Shown in pieces: positions 1 through 8,974 of a stretch of 64,000 bases of DNA. The first letter of the stretch is position 1. Each line of letters begins with the position of its first letter. Source of the stretch: Candidatus Poribacteria bacterium (GTDB taxonomy: Bacteria; Poribacteria; WGA-4E; WGA-3G); assembly GCA_965214095.1 (NCBI GenBank), contig OZ243938.1:1664001-1728000 (forward strand), given 5' to 3'. Under the pieces are notes generated by a model. It was given only the letters and a program-made list of their open reading frames with translations, was not told the DNA's origin and did not search any database. The position numbers and the translations under genes are program-made.

Positions 1-2
1 CA

Positions 3-110
3 GCAGGGACGATTGAACAAAGCATTGATGCTGGCGTGAGAATATGCGGTTCCGGTGAAGAAACTGCACGCATTGGACGTGCATACTCTGGTAGGACAAT
101 GCCTGTCTAA
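3..110 (+). CDS. 3' end of a gene truncated by the window edge (product unknown)
   Basis: Open frame AGTIEQSIDAGVRICGSGEETARIGRAYSGRTMPV ends at TAA 108-110, just upstream of the next RBS. Confidence 0.5.
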   Translation, partial: AGTIEQSIDAGVRICGSGEETARIGRAYSGRTMPV

Positions 111-151
111 TAATTGAACAGGAAAGACACTATAATAATTGAGGTAAATTT

Positions 152-886
152 ATGGCATTAACAGAACAAGAAATGTTAGCAGAATTACGGAACTATGATA
201 CACCTTCAATAACAAATGTGGTAGCAACTTATCCGGGGAACTCGCTTTGTCTTGGGTTATACAATCCGTGGACAGAGAATTGGTACACAGACACAACTAT
301 CCGATGCATGTATCCAGAGTTAGGGGCAGTTGTAGGGTATGCTGTAACATGTGTCTAAGGTTTGCTAGACCCTGGATTTTCCGAACTTTCCTTTATGGAT
401 GTTATTGATGCAATGGATGCCTCTAAAAAACCGACTATATTTGCCTTTCAACAGAAATTTCCACCTGAGTTAGCGAACAAAGTAGGATTAGCAGGGGGAA
501 ACATGACAGCTGCTATGAAATCTGTGGGTTGCTTAGGGGCAATTTCAAACGGACCTTCACGTGACATTGATGAAATTCGTCCGATGGAATTTCAGTATCT
601 GTTGAGCGGTATAAGTCCTGGACATGGCGGAATGGCGGTTCAAGCAGTTAATGTACCCGTTTCTATCGCAGGTATGGATGTTGCACCGGGTGAGATAATA
701 CACATGGATGAAAATGGTGCATGCAAGTTCCCTGGTGACCAACTGGAAGCGGTGTTGACAAATGTTAAGGCATTGATAGCAGAGGAAGGGGATCGAATTG
801 GACAATTGTTGTCAGGACCTAAATCAGCGAAACAGGTTCGAGCAATCTTCAGTGGACATACTTATTCCGAAGATGAGGATGAATAA
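152..886 (+). pseudogene. RraA/HMG-aldolase-like protein with an in-frame TAA at 356-358
   Basis: ORFs 152-358 and 362-886 are in the same frame (AVTCV*GLLDPG). RraA-type motifs DTPSITN, GYAVT, RDIDEI and VAPGEIIHMDENG are present. Confidence 0.75.
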
Positions 887-1082
887 TTGATGAGTTTGAC
901 GGTATACCAACAAACGTTGTCAGTGAATTCCTACACACTCTCCGTTATGTTTATTTATCGGATGAACCAAGGGCAATTTATAGTGTTTGTATCGTTGGTG
1001 TAAAAAGCATCACACAACTTAACTATGATCGTTCAATCTCTATGCACATTTAGATCAATTCATCAGAACTATAAATGCTGGT

Positions 1083-1370
1083 ATGTTCCTTGAAGTTCAA
1101 ACTGGACGAGGCAGGATAGACCTTATTATACTCTACAAATCTCGTAAATACATCGTAGAGACGAAAATATGGGAGGGTGATAGGTATTATCAAGCAGGTA
1201 AGAAGCAGCTGGCAGCGTATCTCAAATCGGAAAAAGTTGATGAGGGATACTATATCGTGTTTGATCACCGTACGCATCCAGAAGAGCGTGTTGAAACAGA
1301 GGAATTAGATGGTGTGTTAATACGAACAGATATCATTCCTGTCTTACAAGAAAAACCTTCATCTTTATAG
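1083..1370 (+). pseudogene. C-terminal PD-(D/E)XK nuclease-like fragment, probably a remnant of an AAA-ATPase/nuclease gene
   Basis: GRGRIDLII...IVETK and QLAAYL motifs; no N-terminal domain. Confidence 0.5.
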
Positions 1371-1390
1371 TGTGATTGAAGAATACCGAT

Positions 1391-2698
1391 TTATTTTGAA
1401 GTAAACCTGCTAACTCGGACTTGCCACAACCACCACAAAATGGCAGGAATAAGAGGAAGTGCGGTCATTCCCAATAAAACAAGACGAACCCCAAAGATAT
1501 CAATTAATGCCCCGACAGTTGCTGTAGCGATGCCACCCATCAGAGTAAACAGAGCAAACTCAGTGCCAAAGATTCGTCCTCTTATTTCGTTAGGAGCCTT
1601 CTGAAGAAGAAGCTGCGTTGAAAACACCCATGCAATACCGCCACCAACGCTCCGCACAAATCCACCAAATATAAAAACAGGAAAACTCAATAATGGGGCA
1701 GCGATCCCAAGTCCAATCGCACCTATCAGATATCCAAGACTGATACTCCTCCGAAGTGGTTTGTCTCGGTCACCAGTCCAAATCCTGGCAACAATGGGTC
1801 CTATACCGCTCCCAACTCCACCCATACAATACATCAGTCCAAGACTGATCGCACCATCAATTCCTATGATAAAGTGACTCTTTGCAATTTCAACCTGTGC
1901 AACCATAAATCCAGATGACAATAAGAGTGCTATAGCAGCCTTATGTAGTGTTATAAATAGAATATCTGGGTGTCTGGACATATAACCGAGTGCAGAAAAC
2001 CTTGAACGTTCCTGTAATGAAGTCTTGGATGTAAATTGTAATGGTAATTTAATCTGTGTGAGGAGACCAGCAGAAACGAAAAAGGTAAGTCCATCAATTA
2101 CAAATGCCGTATAAACACCAAAGAAACCTGCTGTGAACCCGCCGATTGCCGCGCCAAAAGCGAGCATGACAGACCACGTTGTCGCACTCAATGCATTGGC
2201 TGTACCAAGTTCATGATGAGCCGTAATATCCGGTAATATTGCACTACGAGCAGGACTGAAAAATCCGCTTACCCCAAATAGAAGTGTCGTGAGGACATAA
2301 AGCAGCCAAATATCATTTTTATCTCTGACAAAGAGATATCCGATAAGCAGTAATCCTCGGATGATGTCAGTGTAAATTAGAATATGTTTACGGTTATAGC
2401 GATCAGCACATATTCCCGCTAAAGGTGCGACAAAGAAAGGGGCAAGCATTCGAATTGTGAATAACACGCCTACTGCCAATCCAGAACCCGTAATTTTATG
2501 GATCAGTATTGCGGATGCGATGATATTGAACCAGTCCCCTAAGAGACTGACTAACTGTCCTGCCCACAGCCAACGAAAGTTAGAATTCGTTCGAAGTAGT
2601 TCAAAGTAACCTACAGTCTTATCTACTTTTACTGTCGTCCCTTTATTGTCAACGGACTTATCAGATGTCTCATCAGATGCATGGACTTTATCGGACAA
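1391..2698 (-). CDS. MFS transporter (H+ antiporter/macrolide efflux-like)
   Basis: NFRWLWAGQLVSLLGDW, G.CADRYNRK motif A, about 12 hydrophobic segments. Confidence 0.9.
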   Translation of the reverse strand: MSDKVHASDETSDKSVDNKGTTVKVDKTVGYFELLRTNSNFRWLWAGQLVSLLGDWFNIIASAILIHKITGSGLAVGVLFTIRMLAPFFVAPLAGICADRYNRKHILIYTDIIRGLLLIGYLFVRDKNDIWLLYVLTTLLFGVSGFFSPARSAILPDITAHHELGTANALSATTWSVMLAFGAAIGGFTAGFFGVYTAFVIDGLTFFVSAGLLTQIKLPLQFTSKTSLQERSRFSALGYMSRHPDILFITLHKAAIALLLSSGFMVAQVEIAKSHFIIGIDGAISLGLMYCMGGVGSGIGPIVARIWTGDRDKPLRRSISLGYLIGAIGLGIAAPLLSFPVFIFGGFVRSVGGGIAWVFSTQLLLQKAPNEIRGRIFGTEFALFTLMGGIATATVGALIDIFGVRLVLLGMTALPLIPAILWWLWQVRVSRFTSK

Positions 2699-2714
2699 CT
2701 ATAACCCCCACCGT

Positions 2715-2957
2715 TCATTTATCTACGCCATCTAAATCAACTGTTGAGAGCATAGTGTCAGTATCGTCAAACACTTGTGGTTTTTTACCTGTTACCTCTT
2801 TGACGCGGTTGGCGAAGTTGTCTGCTTTATCTTTGATTGCCTCGCACATCGCAACGAGTTCTACTGTGTCGGGGACTGTGTTATGAATGGTAAGGTATGC
2901 GTTGAGATGACCGTTTGCCATGCCACCGCAACCAATAATCGCAATCCAAATTGGCAT
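2715..2957 (-). pseudogene. Truncated Gfo/Idh/MocA oxidoreductase (Rossmann N-terminus only)
   Basis: IAIIGCGGMANGH...LVAMCE...DLDGVD then stop after about 80 aa. Confidence 0.7.
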
Positions 2958-3075
2958 AAGTTTTCCTTTGGCTATTATGTGTATTATTCTGTGAGACATT
3001 ATGATATGAAACGGAATTAAGAATACCACAGATACGATTTTTATTTATCAAGGTATTTGATTAGTAAGTGTGTAA

Positions 3076-3291
3076 TACCAATTCTAAAAATGATTTTCGC
3101 TTTTTTATTTACGGTAAATTATTGAATTCGTTTTACACATTGCTGAGGCGAGGTTAGGAAACCTCGTCTACCGTTGATAGAAAGTGTAAATATAATTTTA
3201 TATGCTTCACCATAAATGTAAGAGGCGCAATGAATTGCACGACTACAAACCAGCTACTTCTTTAATGGTATGTTTTTAATTAGAAATGGTG
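3076..3291. mobile_element. MITE-like element (TACCAWTTCTAA terminal inverted repeats) with a second MITE nested at 3110-3214
   Basis: TACCAATTCTAA at 3076 and TTAGAAATGGTG at 3280. The internal segment 3110-3214 resembles 26895-26997 and 54783-54885. Confidence 0.6.
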
Positions 3292-3438
3292 TAACACTCC
3301 TGTCTTCGCAACTAACATTAGGTAATTCATGTTACAGCAAAACTGTTATTAAAACACTAAAAAGAATCGTAAGAATATCCTGTAAATTGAAGATTCTATG
3401 GAAGGAAGTAGTCTGATTGGAAAGATTTTGTTGAAATG

Positions 3439-3469
3439 GTGAGAGGTAAATATTTCAATTACCTCTCAC
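3439..3469 (-). terminator. Hairpin downstream of the sigma-4-like gene
   Basis: GTGAGAGGTAA-loop-TTACCTCTCAC perfect stem. Confidence 0.55.
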
Positions 3470-3499
3470 GATGATTAACTAATAACTTAATTTTTGTAG

Positions 3500-3874
3500 C
3501 TACGGATAGTGTATTCCCATTTTGCGGCACAGTTTACGTATTTTGTTAATAGCACCGCCGATTCTCCGGCCATCCCGGGTAACACCAAACAGATGTTGAC
3601 TGACAACTCTACGTGATATACCGAGTATATCCCCAATCTCATCCTGCGTTTTACCTTCATAGAAGTATAGTTGGACACAATCATTCTGACGCGCAGTGAG
3701 TTCTTTAGCAATAATCTGACGTATCTGTGATAAGACTTTTTGTCGTTTAACTTGACGGATCTTAGTGTATTCGTCAGTCGGGGGTTGATACCAGAGGTGG
3801 TCTTCCGTAGTTAATTGGTCAAAATATTCGGGTGCTACCGGAATTTCCCAGAAGTCGGGATTAAACTTGGACAT
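3500..3874 (-). CDS. Stand-alone sigma-70 region 4 / HTH protein
   Basis: LTARQNDCVQLYFYEGKTQDEIGDILGISRRVVSQHL is a typical sigma-4 HTH. No region 2; GAGGAG RBS. Confidence 0.75.
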   Translation of the reverse strand: MSKFNPDFWEIPVAPEYFDQLTTEDHLWYQPPTDEYTKIRQVKRQKVLSQIRQIIAKELTARQNDCVQLYFYEGKTQDEIGDILGISRRVVSQHLFGVTRDGRRIGGAINKIRKLCRKMGIHYP

Positions 3875-3927
3875 AGATATCGACTCCTCTGTGTGAGGCG
3901 AGGTACCTATGCCATATCACATCAATA

Positions 3928-4005
3928 TTATGATAATGGACAGAGGCACCATCGCCTTAGACACAATAAGTTAGGATTAAGGGTGGTGTTGTTGTAAGAC
4001 ATCAT
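3928..4005 (-). CDS. Putative 25-aa leader peptide MMSYNNTTLNPNLLCLRRWCLCPLS
   Basis: AAGGAGG RBS 8 nt upstream, downstream of a TTGCAA-17-TATACT promoter; below the ORF track cutoff. Confidence 0.45.
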   Translation of the reverse strand: MMSYNNTTLNPNLLCLRRWCLCPLS

Positions 4006-4142
4006 AATGGTCCCTCCTTGTTTATTTAGTTAAATGTAAAAGTTATAAAGTAAATGGATGCCTACAGACATCCATGACATTTCATGTATGGACTATTCAT
4101 TAAGTATACAATATAGGTATAAAAATTGCAAACTTTCTACTA

Positions 4143-4168
4143 ATACACAATTTTGGATGCACTTTTAA
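4143..4168 (-). promoter_or_regulatory. Repeated motif, copy 1 (ATACACAATTTTGGATGCACTTTTAA)
   Basis: 26/26 identical to 4546-4571; lies just upstream of the -35 of a minus-strand TTGCAA-17-TATACT promoter. Confidence 0.6.
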
Positions 4169-4188
4169 ATTCTACACCAAAAATATAA

Positions 4189-4322
4189 TACCATTTCTAA
4201 ATGATAATTTACCATTATAGAGACACGCGTTCGTAGTCGCGCAATTCCGCAATTCATTGCGCCTCGGACATTCACAAAACCTCGTAACTCTTCTAATGCG
4301 ACTTTATTTCTTAGAATTGGTA
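4189..4322. mobile_element. MITE-like element with TACCATTTCTAA/TTAGAATTGGTA ends and an internal GTAG hairpin
   Basis: Terminal inverted repeats match those at 3076-3291 and 37390-37501. Internal GTAGTCGCGCAATT...ATTGCGC. Confidence 0.55.
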
Positions 4323-4545
4323 TAATAATATTCTATTGAAAGCGATTTGCAGAAATTGCAATGAAATGGGGACAGAGGATAAATCCTCTGTCCCGCCAGA
4401 AAGTGTGCGACACTTAGTGTCACACCATAGGGCGTAACACTAAGTGTCACACCTCCTCTGATTTGATAACATAACAAATACCTCCTTTTCCGCAATTCAG
4501 CGGCATTAGGATACCATTACCATTAAAAATGATAATGATTCACCT

Positions 4546-4571
4546 ATACACAATTTTGGATGCACTTTTAA
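4546..4571 (-). promoter_or_regulatory. Repeated motif, copy 2
   Basis: Identical to 4143-4168; about 33 nt upstream of a TGg-TATCCT extended -10-like box. Confidence 0.6.
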
Positions 4572-4605
4572 CTGTATTACAGAAATATTTGGCATAAAGA
4601 GGTAT

Positions 4606-4887
4606 TTATGATCCTGGATTCCGCCAGACAATTCGTCCGCGAGTTAGATCGTAAGGAGAAAGTTCAACAGTAACTTGGTCACCTGGCAGCACCCAGATTT
4701 TGTGCTGCATCATCTTACCCGCAAGATATGCCACAACTTTGTGGTCATTTTCTGTCAACTCCACACTAAATAAGTTACCGGGCAGAGATTCCAAGACTAT
4801 TCCGGGGACACGAATTGCAGCATCTTTTGTTGTTTCAAGACCTTCTTCCAAATTTTCTTCATTCGCTTTTGTGTTTTTATCCCTCAT
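4606..4887 (-). CDS. infA: Translation initiation factor IF-1 with an acidic N-terminal extension
   Basis: [53 protein letters not shown]; AGGAG RBS. Confidence 0.93.
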   Translation of the reverse strand: MRDKNTKANEENLEEGLETTKDAAIRVPGIVLESLPGNLFSVELTENDHKVVAYLAGKMMQHKIWVLPGDQVTVELSPYDLTRGRIVWRNPGS

Positions 4888-5069
4888 TTTTCTACTCCTT
4901 CAATTTTCTATTGTGAACATTTCAATGACTTATTCTTGTATTATTGACGCTACTGGCACAATGGTAAGTAACCTGAGAACCTCACGAATATCAAATTTTC
5001 AATATTAATTATTTGGTTTTAGTATAAGTGCGTAGTATGAAAGTTATTAATTCTAATAATTTTGATTTA

Positions 5070-5091
5070 ACACTATATTGGATGCACTTTA
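5070..5091 (-). promoter_or_regulatory. Repeated motif, copy 3, upstream of infA
   Basis: ACACTATATTGGATGCACTTT shares the 13-bp core TTGGATGCACTTT. Confidence 0.5.
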
Positions 5092-5225
5092 TTAATGTCC
5101 TGTTCAGTAATTAACGTAATGTTTGATATTAAAGTTGACATGCCGTGTAAAAGTTGATAAGATATATTGAAGTTGTTCCATACACCATAAGGGTTGAGTA
5201 ACAGTAACATGAAGGAGAAGACAAG

Positions 5226-6029
5226 ATGAGCCAAGGGTTACCGTTAATTGCATATCCTGATCTTGAAGACCAAGTCAAAGCGATGGAAGAAGATGGGTAT
5301 GCGTATTTGCCACAAGTTATCAATTCTGAAAAACTTGCAGAACTCCGTGAGGCGATGGATAAATTAACTGCAATTCCTGAGAGTTTTGATAAACATAGTG
5401 TTCCAGAAAATGGGAGCGGATTTCTCAATAAACATATCAATAACGCATTTAATCGCGATCCAGTATTCCTGAGTTACCTTGACAAACCCCCTGTCATTGA
5501 GTTAGCGGAAGCAGTGCATGGTGGTGATTGTCATGTGATTGGAATGACAGCTTGGATAACAGGACCTGGCCGTCCTGACCAAGGACTCCATATAGATTGG
5601 TTACCAATCCCACTTCCAGCAGATGTATTGGAAGACCCTCGAGTTAAAGTCCCGATATTCATCACAACTGCTCACTACTATCTTGATGACCTATATGAGG
5701 ATCTAGGTCCAACGAAGTTTGTGCCGGGTAGCCATCTTTCTGGACGTAGACCAGATGGCGACACGGAATGGAAAGGAGCAACAGAGAAGAGTATTCTCTG
5801 CAATGGTGGCGACGTTGTGATTTTTAGGAGTGAAGTCTGGCATAGAGGAACAGCAAACCGTAGCGACCAGACCCGTTATCTGTTGCAGGTCCATTACGCA
5901 AACCGTATGATAACACAGAAGTATCCACCCTATTTGAATCGGTTTCAATTTGACGCATCAATTTTAGAAGTGGCGACAGAACGTCAACAGCGACTGATGG
6001 GTAATCATCGTCCAGGTGCTTATGATTAG
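5226..6029 (+). CDS. Phytanoyl-CoA dioxygenase (PhyH) family Fe(II)/2OG oxygenase
   Basis: EEDGYAYL, LHID (HxD), GPTKFVPGSH, GDVVIF...WHRG.AN.S...R. Confidence 0.9.
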   Translation: MSQGLPLIAYPDLEDQVKAMEEDGYAYLPQVINSEKLAELREAMDKLTAIPESFDKHSVPENGSGFLNKHINNAFNRDPVFLSYLDKPPVIELAEAVHGGDCHVIGMTAWITGPGRPDQGLHIDWLPIPLPADVLEDPRVKVPIFITTAHYYLDDLYEDLGPTKFVPGSHLSGRRPDGDTEWKGATEKSILCNGGDVVIFRSEVWHRGTANRSDQTRYLLQVHYANRMITQKYPPYLNRFQFDASILEVATERQQRLMGNHRPGAYD

Positions 6030-6070
6030 TATTACGGGGAAAACGCGATCGATGAGGACATCAGTACCAT

Positions 6071-6991
6071 TTGAATAGAAAAGAACCCATTGGGACATCA
6101 GTAAACCGACAGGTTATCAGCGAGGATCCTCACGGCAAGATAATCGCTCTCACTTTACTCCTTGCCTTTCTTTGGGGTGGAAATTCACTATCAATAAAAA
6201 TTGGTTTGGAAGACATGCCACCGATGGCATTGGCGTTTGTGCGCTTTGTTATCGGTTTGATTGTTGTTGGTGTGTGGTCGTTGTATCGCCGCGTTCCACT
6301 CGGATTAAAACGAGGGGACTTGTCCCAACTACTCCTCCTCACTGCGATTTTCATATCGCAAATCATCACACTTAACGTTGGCACCGTCTACACGACCGCT
6401 TCTCGTTCAACTATTTTTATTAATACCTACCCTTTTTTTACAGCCATATTTGCACATCTCTGGATACCAGGTGAGAAACTGTCGGTTACAAAGACCTTCG
6501 GGGTTATTGTTGCCTTTAGTGGGGTCTTTGTCACCGTCGCGCAGGATCTTGGCAGTGGTGAAATATCTCTCCTTGGTGATATATTGGTTCTTGTGAGTGG
6601 AGCATTTTTAGGTCTACGTGTTGTCGTGACGAAATTGTTAGTCCAATCCATTCACCCGTATCGTCTGTTGGTCTGGTACTTAGCCTTGAGTCTCCCTGTT
6701 TATGGTCTATTGAATGTACTATTTGAACGCGGAGCGACCTACGATTTAACACTTGATTGCAGTTTAGTACTTCTCTATCAAGGCGGTGTCATTGCTGGTT
6801 TCTGTTTCTTGGCTTGGACAGCAGTCCTTGAGAGATATAGTGCAAGTAAACTTGTTGTGTTCTTCTTTGCTACGCCGTTATCTGGTGTTCTGTTTAGTCA
6901 TCTGCTGTTAGGGGATAAGTTAACTTTTGAGCTATTAGTTGGTTCTGTTCTGGTGGCAGCTGGAATCTATCTGGTAAATCTGCAGCGTTGA
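6071..6991 (+). CDS. EamA/DMT family transporter
   Basis: LLAFLWG, PPMALAFVRF, about 10 TM segments; paralog of 56004-56915. Confidence 0.9.
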   Translation: MNRKEPIGTSVNRQVISEDPHGKIIALTLLLAFLWGGNSLSIKIGLEDMPPMALAFVRFVIGLIVVGVWSLYRRVPLGLKRGDLSQLLLLTAIFISQIITLNVGTVYTTASRSTIFINTYPFFTAIFAHLWIPGEKLSVTKTFGVIVAFSGVFVTVAQDLGSGEISLLGDILVLVSGAFLGLRVVVTKLLVQSIHPYRLLVWYLALSLPVYGLLNVLFERGATYDLTLDCSLVLLYQGGVIAGFCFLAWTAVLERYSASKLVVFFFATPLSGVLFSHLLLGDKLTFELLVGSVLVAAGIYLVNLQR

Positions 6992-7053
6992 ATTGGAATG
7001 TAAGAGGCGCGTGAATTACAAGCCTACTTCGTAAAATGGTATTGGATGACCAT

Positions 7054-8971
7054 TTAGAACGGCAAACGGATTTGATTTGTATACTGTTTTATTCGTTCAT
7101 GTGCCAGTTTGATGTATTCTTCTGCAATATCGTATCCGACGTAGTGTCTATCGGATTTTGCGGCACTCAAACAGGTTGTCCCACTGCCACAAAATGGATC
7201 TAAAACGACATCGCTTTTGAAGGTGTATAACTGAATTAAACGGTGCGGAAGTTCTTCAGGAAACGGTGCGGGATGCCCTATACGTTTGGCAGATACAGAT
7301 GGAAATGTCCACACGCTTTTTGTCCACTCTAAGAAATCCTCTTTAGTAATGGAATTTTCCTTGTCGTTACGTTGTCGTGAAAAGGAGTCTTTTGAGAATA
7401 CGAGAATATATTCATGGACATCTCTGAGGACAGGATTTGCGGCAGATAGCCAACTCCCCCATGCCGTTGAACTACCCGCAGATGCAGCTTTGTCCCAGAT
7501 GATTTCTCCACGCATATAGTAACCTATTTCCAACATATCTTCTATGATGTGACTATGCAGCGGGATATACGGTTTACGTCCTAAATTCGCGATATTAATG
7601 CATGCCCTTCCACCTGTCACCAACTTCTTGTAGGTTTGAACTCATAGCGAGTAACATCTAAGCATCGTTGAAAGTTGCTCGAAAATTTATCATTGAATAT
7701 GCTAAATTACGAAAACCTAAACGTGTTTCTTTGAGTTTATCATAACTTAGAACGAGTCTTCGGTAAGTATCTTGCCACCCGAAAGTTCGCTCTACTTTAT
7801 ACCGGTCTTTGTATATATCTTTTCTAAACCACCGGAACTTGCGAGCGATAGCGATAGGTTCTTTAGTGTTTCGTTTGTTAGGGTAGATCACTGGGATCAG
7901 TCCTTGTTCTTTAATAATCTTATGATTCACCTTGGAATCAAAACCAGAATCCAGCGTTAGCGCGGAACCATCAAGTGCCATGCCAATCCGATTGCTGAAG
8001 GAGATGAGTTCGGTCAATGCCTCGGGCAAAATCGTTGTATCATGTTGGTTCACTGGTTTGAGGGTTATTGGACCAATGATAAAACCTTTATTGTCGGTGA
8101 TAGCCACCTCTTTTTCACCTTTTTGATGTTTATGACCTGAATACCCTATGGTGTCACCCCTTTTTTTACAACAGTGTTTGAACCATCACCATGTAAACAA
8201 GAGGTGTCAAGTTGATCACTATCATGAAGATGTATGACAGATGCTTCAAAAAGTTTCTCATAAGAACCATCTTTTGACCAACGATTATGCCATTTATAGA
8301 CGTTAGACCAATGGAGTTCATTACGCCGTGTGCGGAGTTGATCCCATTGAATACCGGTATGTAAAACATAGAGGATATAGTTGAATATCTTATAGAAAGA
8401 CAGTTTCGGTTTGGGACCTTTTATGCGTTTCTTTAGATGAGGTTTGATATAACGATTAAAATCCTTACGTGAAACCTGCTTCGGAATACCATTGTATCTG
8501 AGGGGCTCTTGAACCTTGTCTGCCATAACAACACCTTTCAATAAGTTATAGATATATGAAGTGAAAGAATAGGACATAAATAAACTCTTGTGTTTCCCTA
8601 TTATATAGCATTATTATGTTTTACTCAATATGAGTTCTTTCAGCAAATACGTTACGTAAGAGTTCTCTATACTCGTCTAATGACAGGTCATCGTCGTATT
8701 CCTTTTTGGCGTTATATGGAGGCGATGTCACCATAAGATGAATGCTGCCATCAGGAATCTCTGACATTTTCTCGCTTGAAGCACAATAGAGTTGGTCAAG
8801 GTTTTCAGGTGGTATAGGGTTTTCTATCCACGTTTCGGGTTCAGGTGGTGCTTGGTTTGCGTAGAGTTTTCCCTTGTAGAATTCAGTGGAGTCGTGGTTG
8901 ATCCTTCCGGTAGTTCCGAAAGTACTTGTTTTTGTGCCTTGTTCCTGTGATTCTATATTTGGTTTATGCAT
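7054..8971 (-). pseudogene. Beta-class N4-C/N6-A DNA methyltransferase interrupted by an IS5-family element
   Basis: N-part 8638-8971 has TSPPY. C-part 7054-7637 has HPAPFP and DPFCGSGTT. Removing the IS and one TTT restores ...VFAETYKKLVTGGR... Confidence 0.9.
7638..8637 (-). mobile_element. IS5-family insertion sequence, 1000 bp, two-ORF frameshifted transposase
   Basis: TIRs GAACTCATAGCGAGTAA and GAACTCATATTGAGTAA; 3-bp TTT duplication (7635-7637, 8638-8640). ORF A has TGIQW/VYKWHNRWSKDG; ORF B has DSGFD and RYKVERTFGW. Confidence 0.93.
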
Positions 8972-8974
8972 AAT

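Noticed and set aside
356-358. Stop-codon reassignment or selenocysteine/pyrrolysine readthrough
   Set aside because: The codon is TAA, which terminates many conserved genes here.
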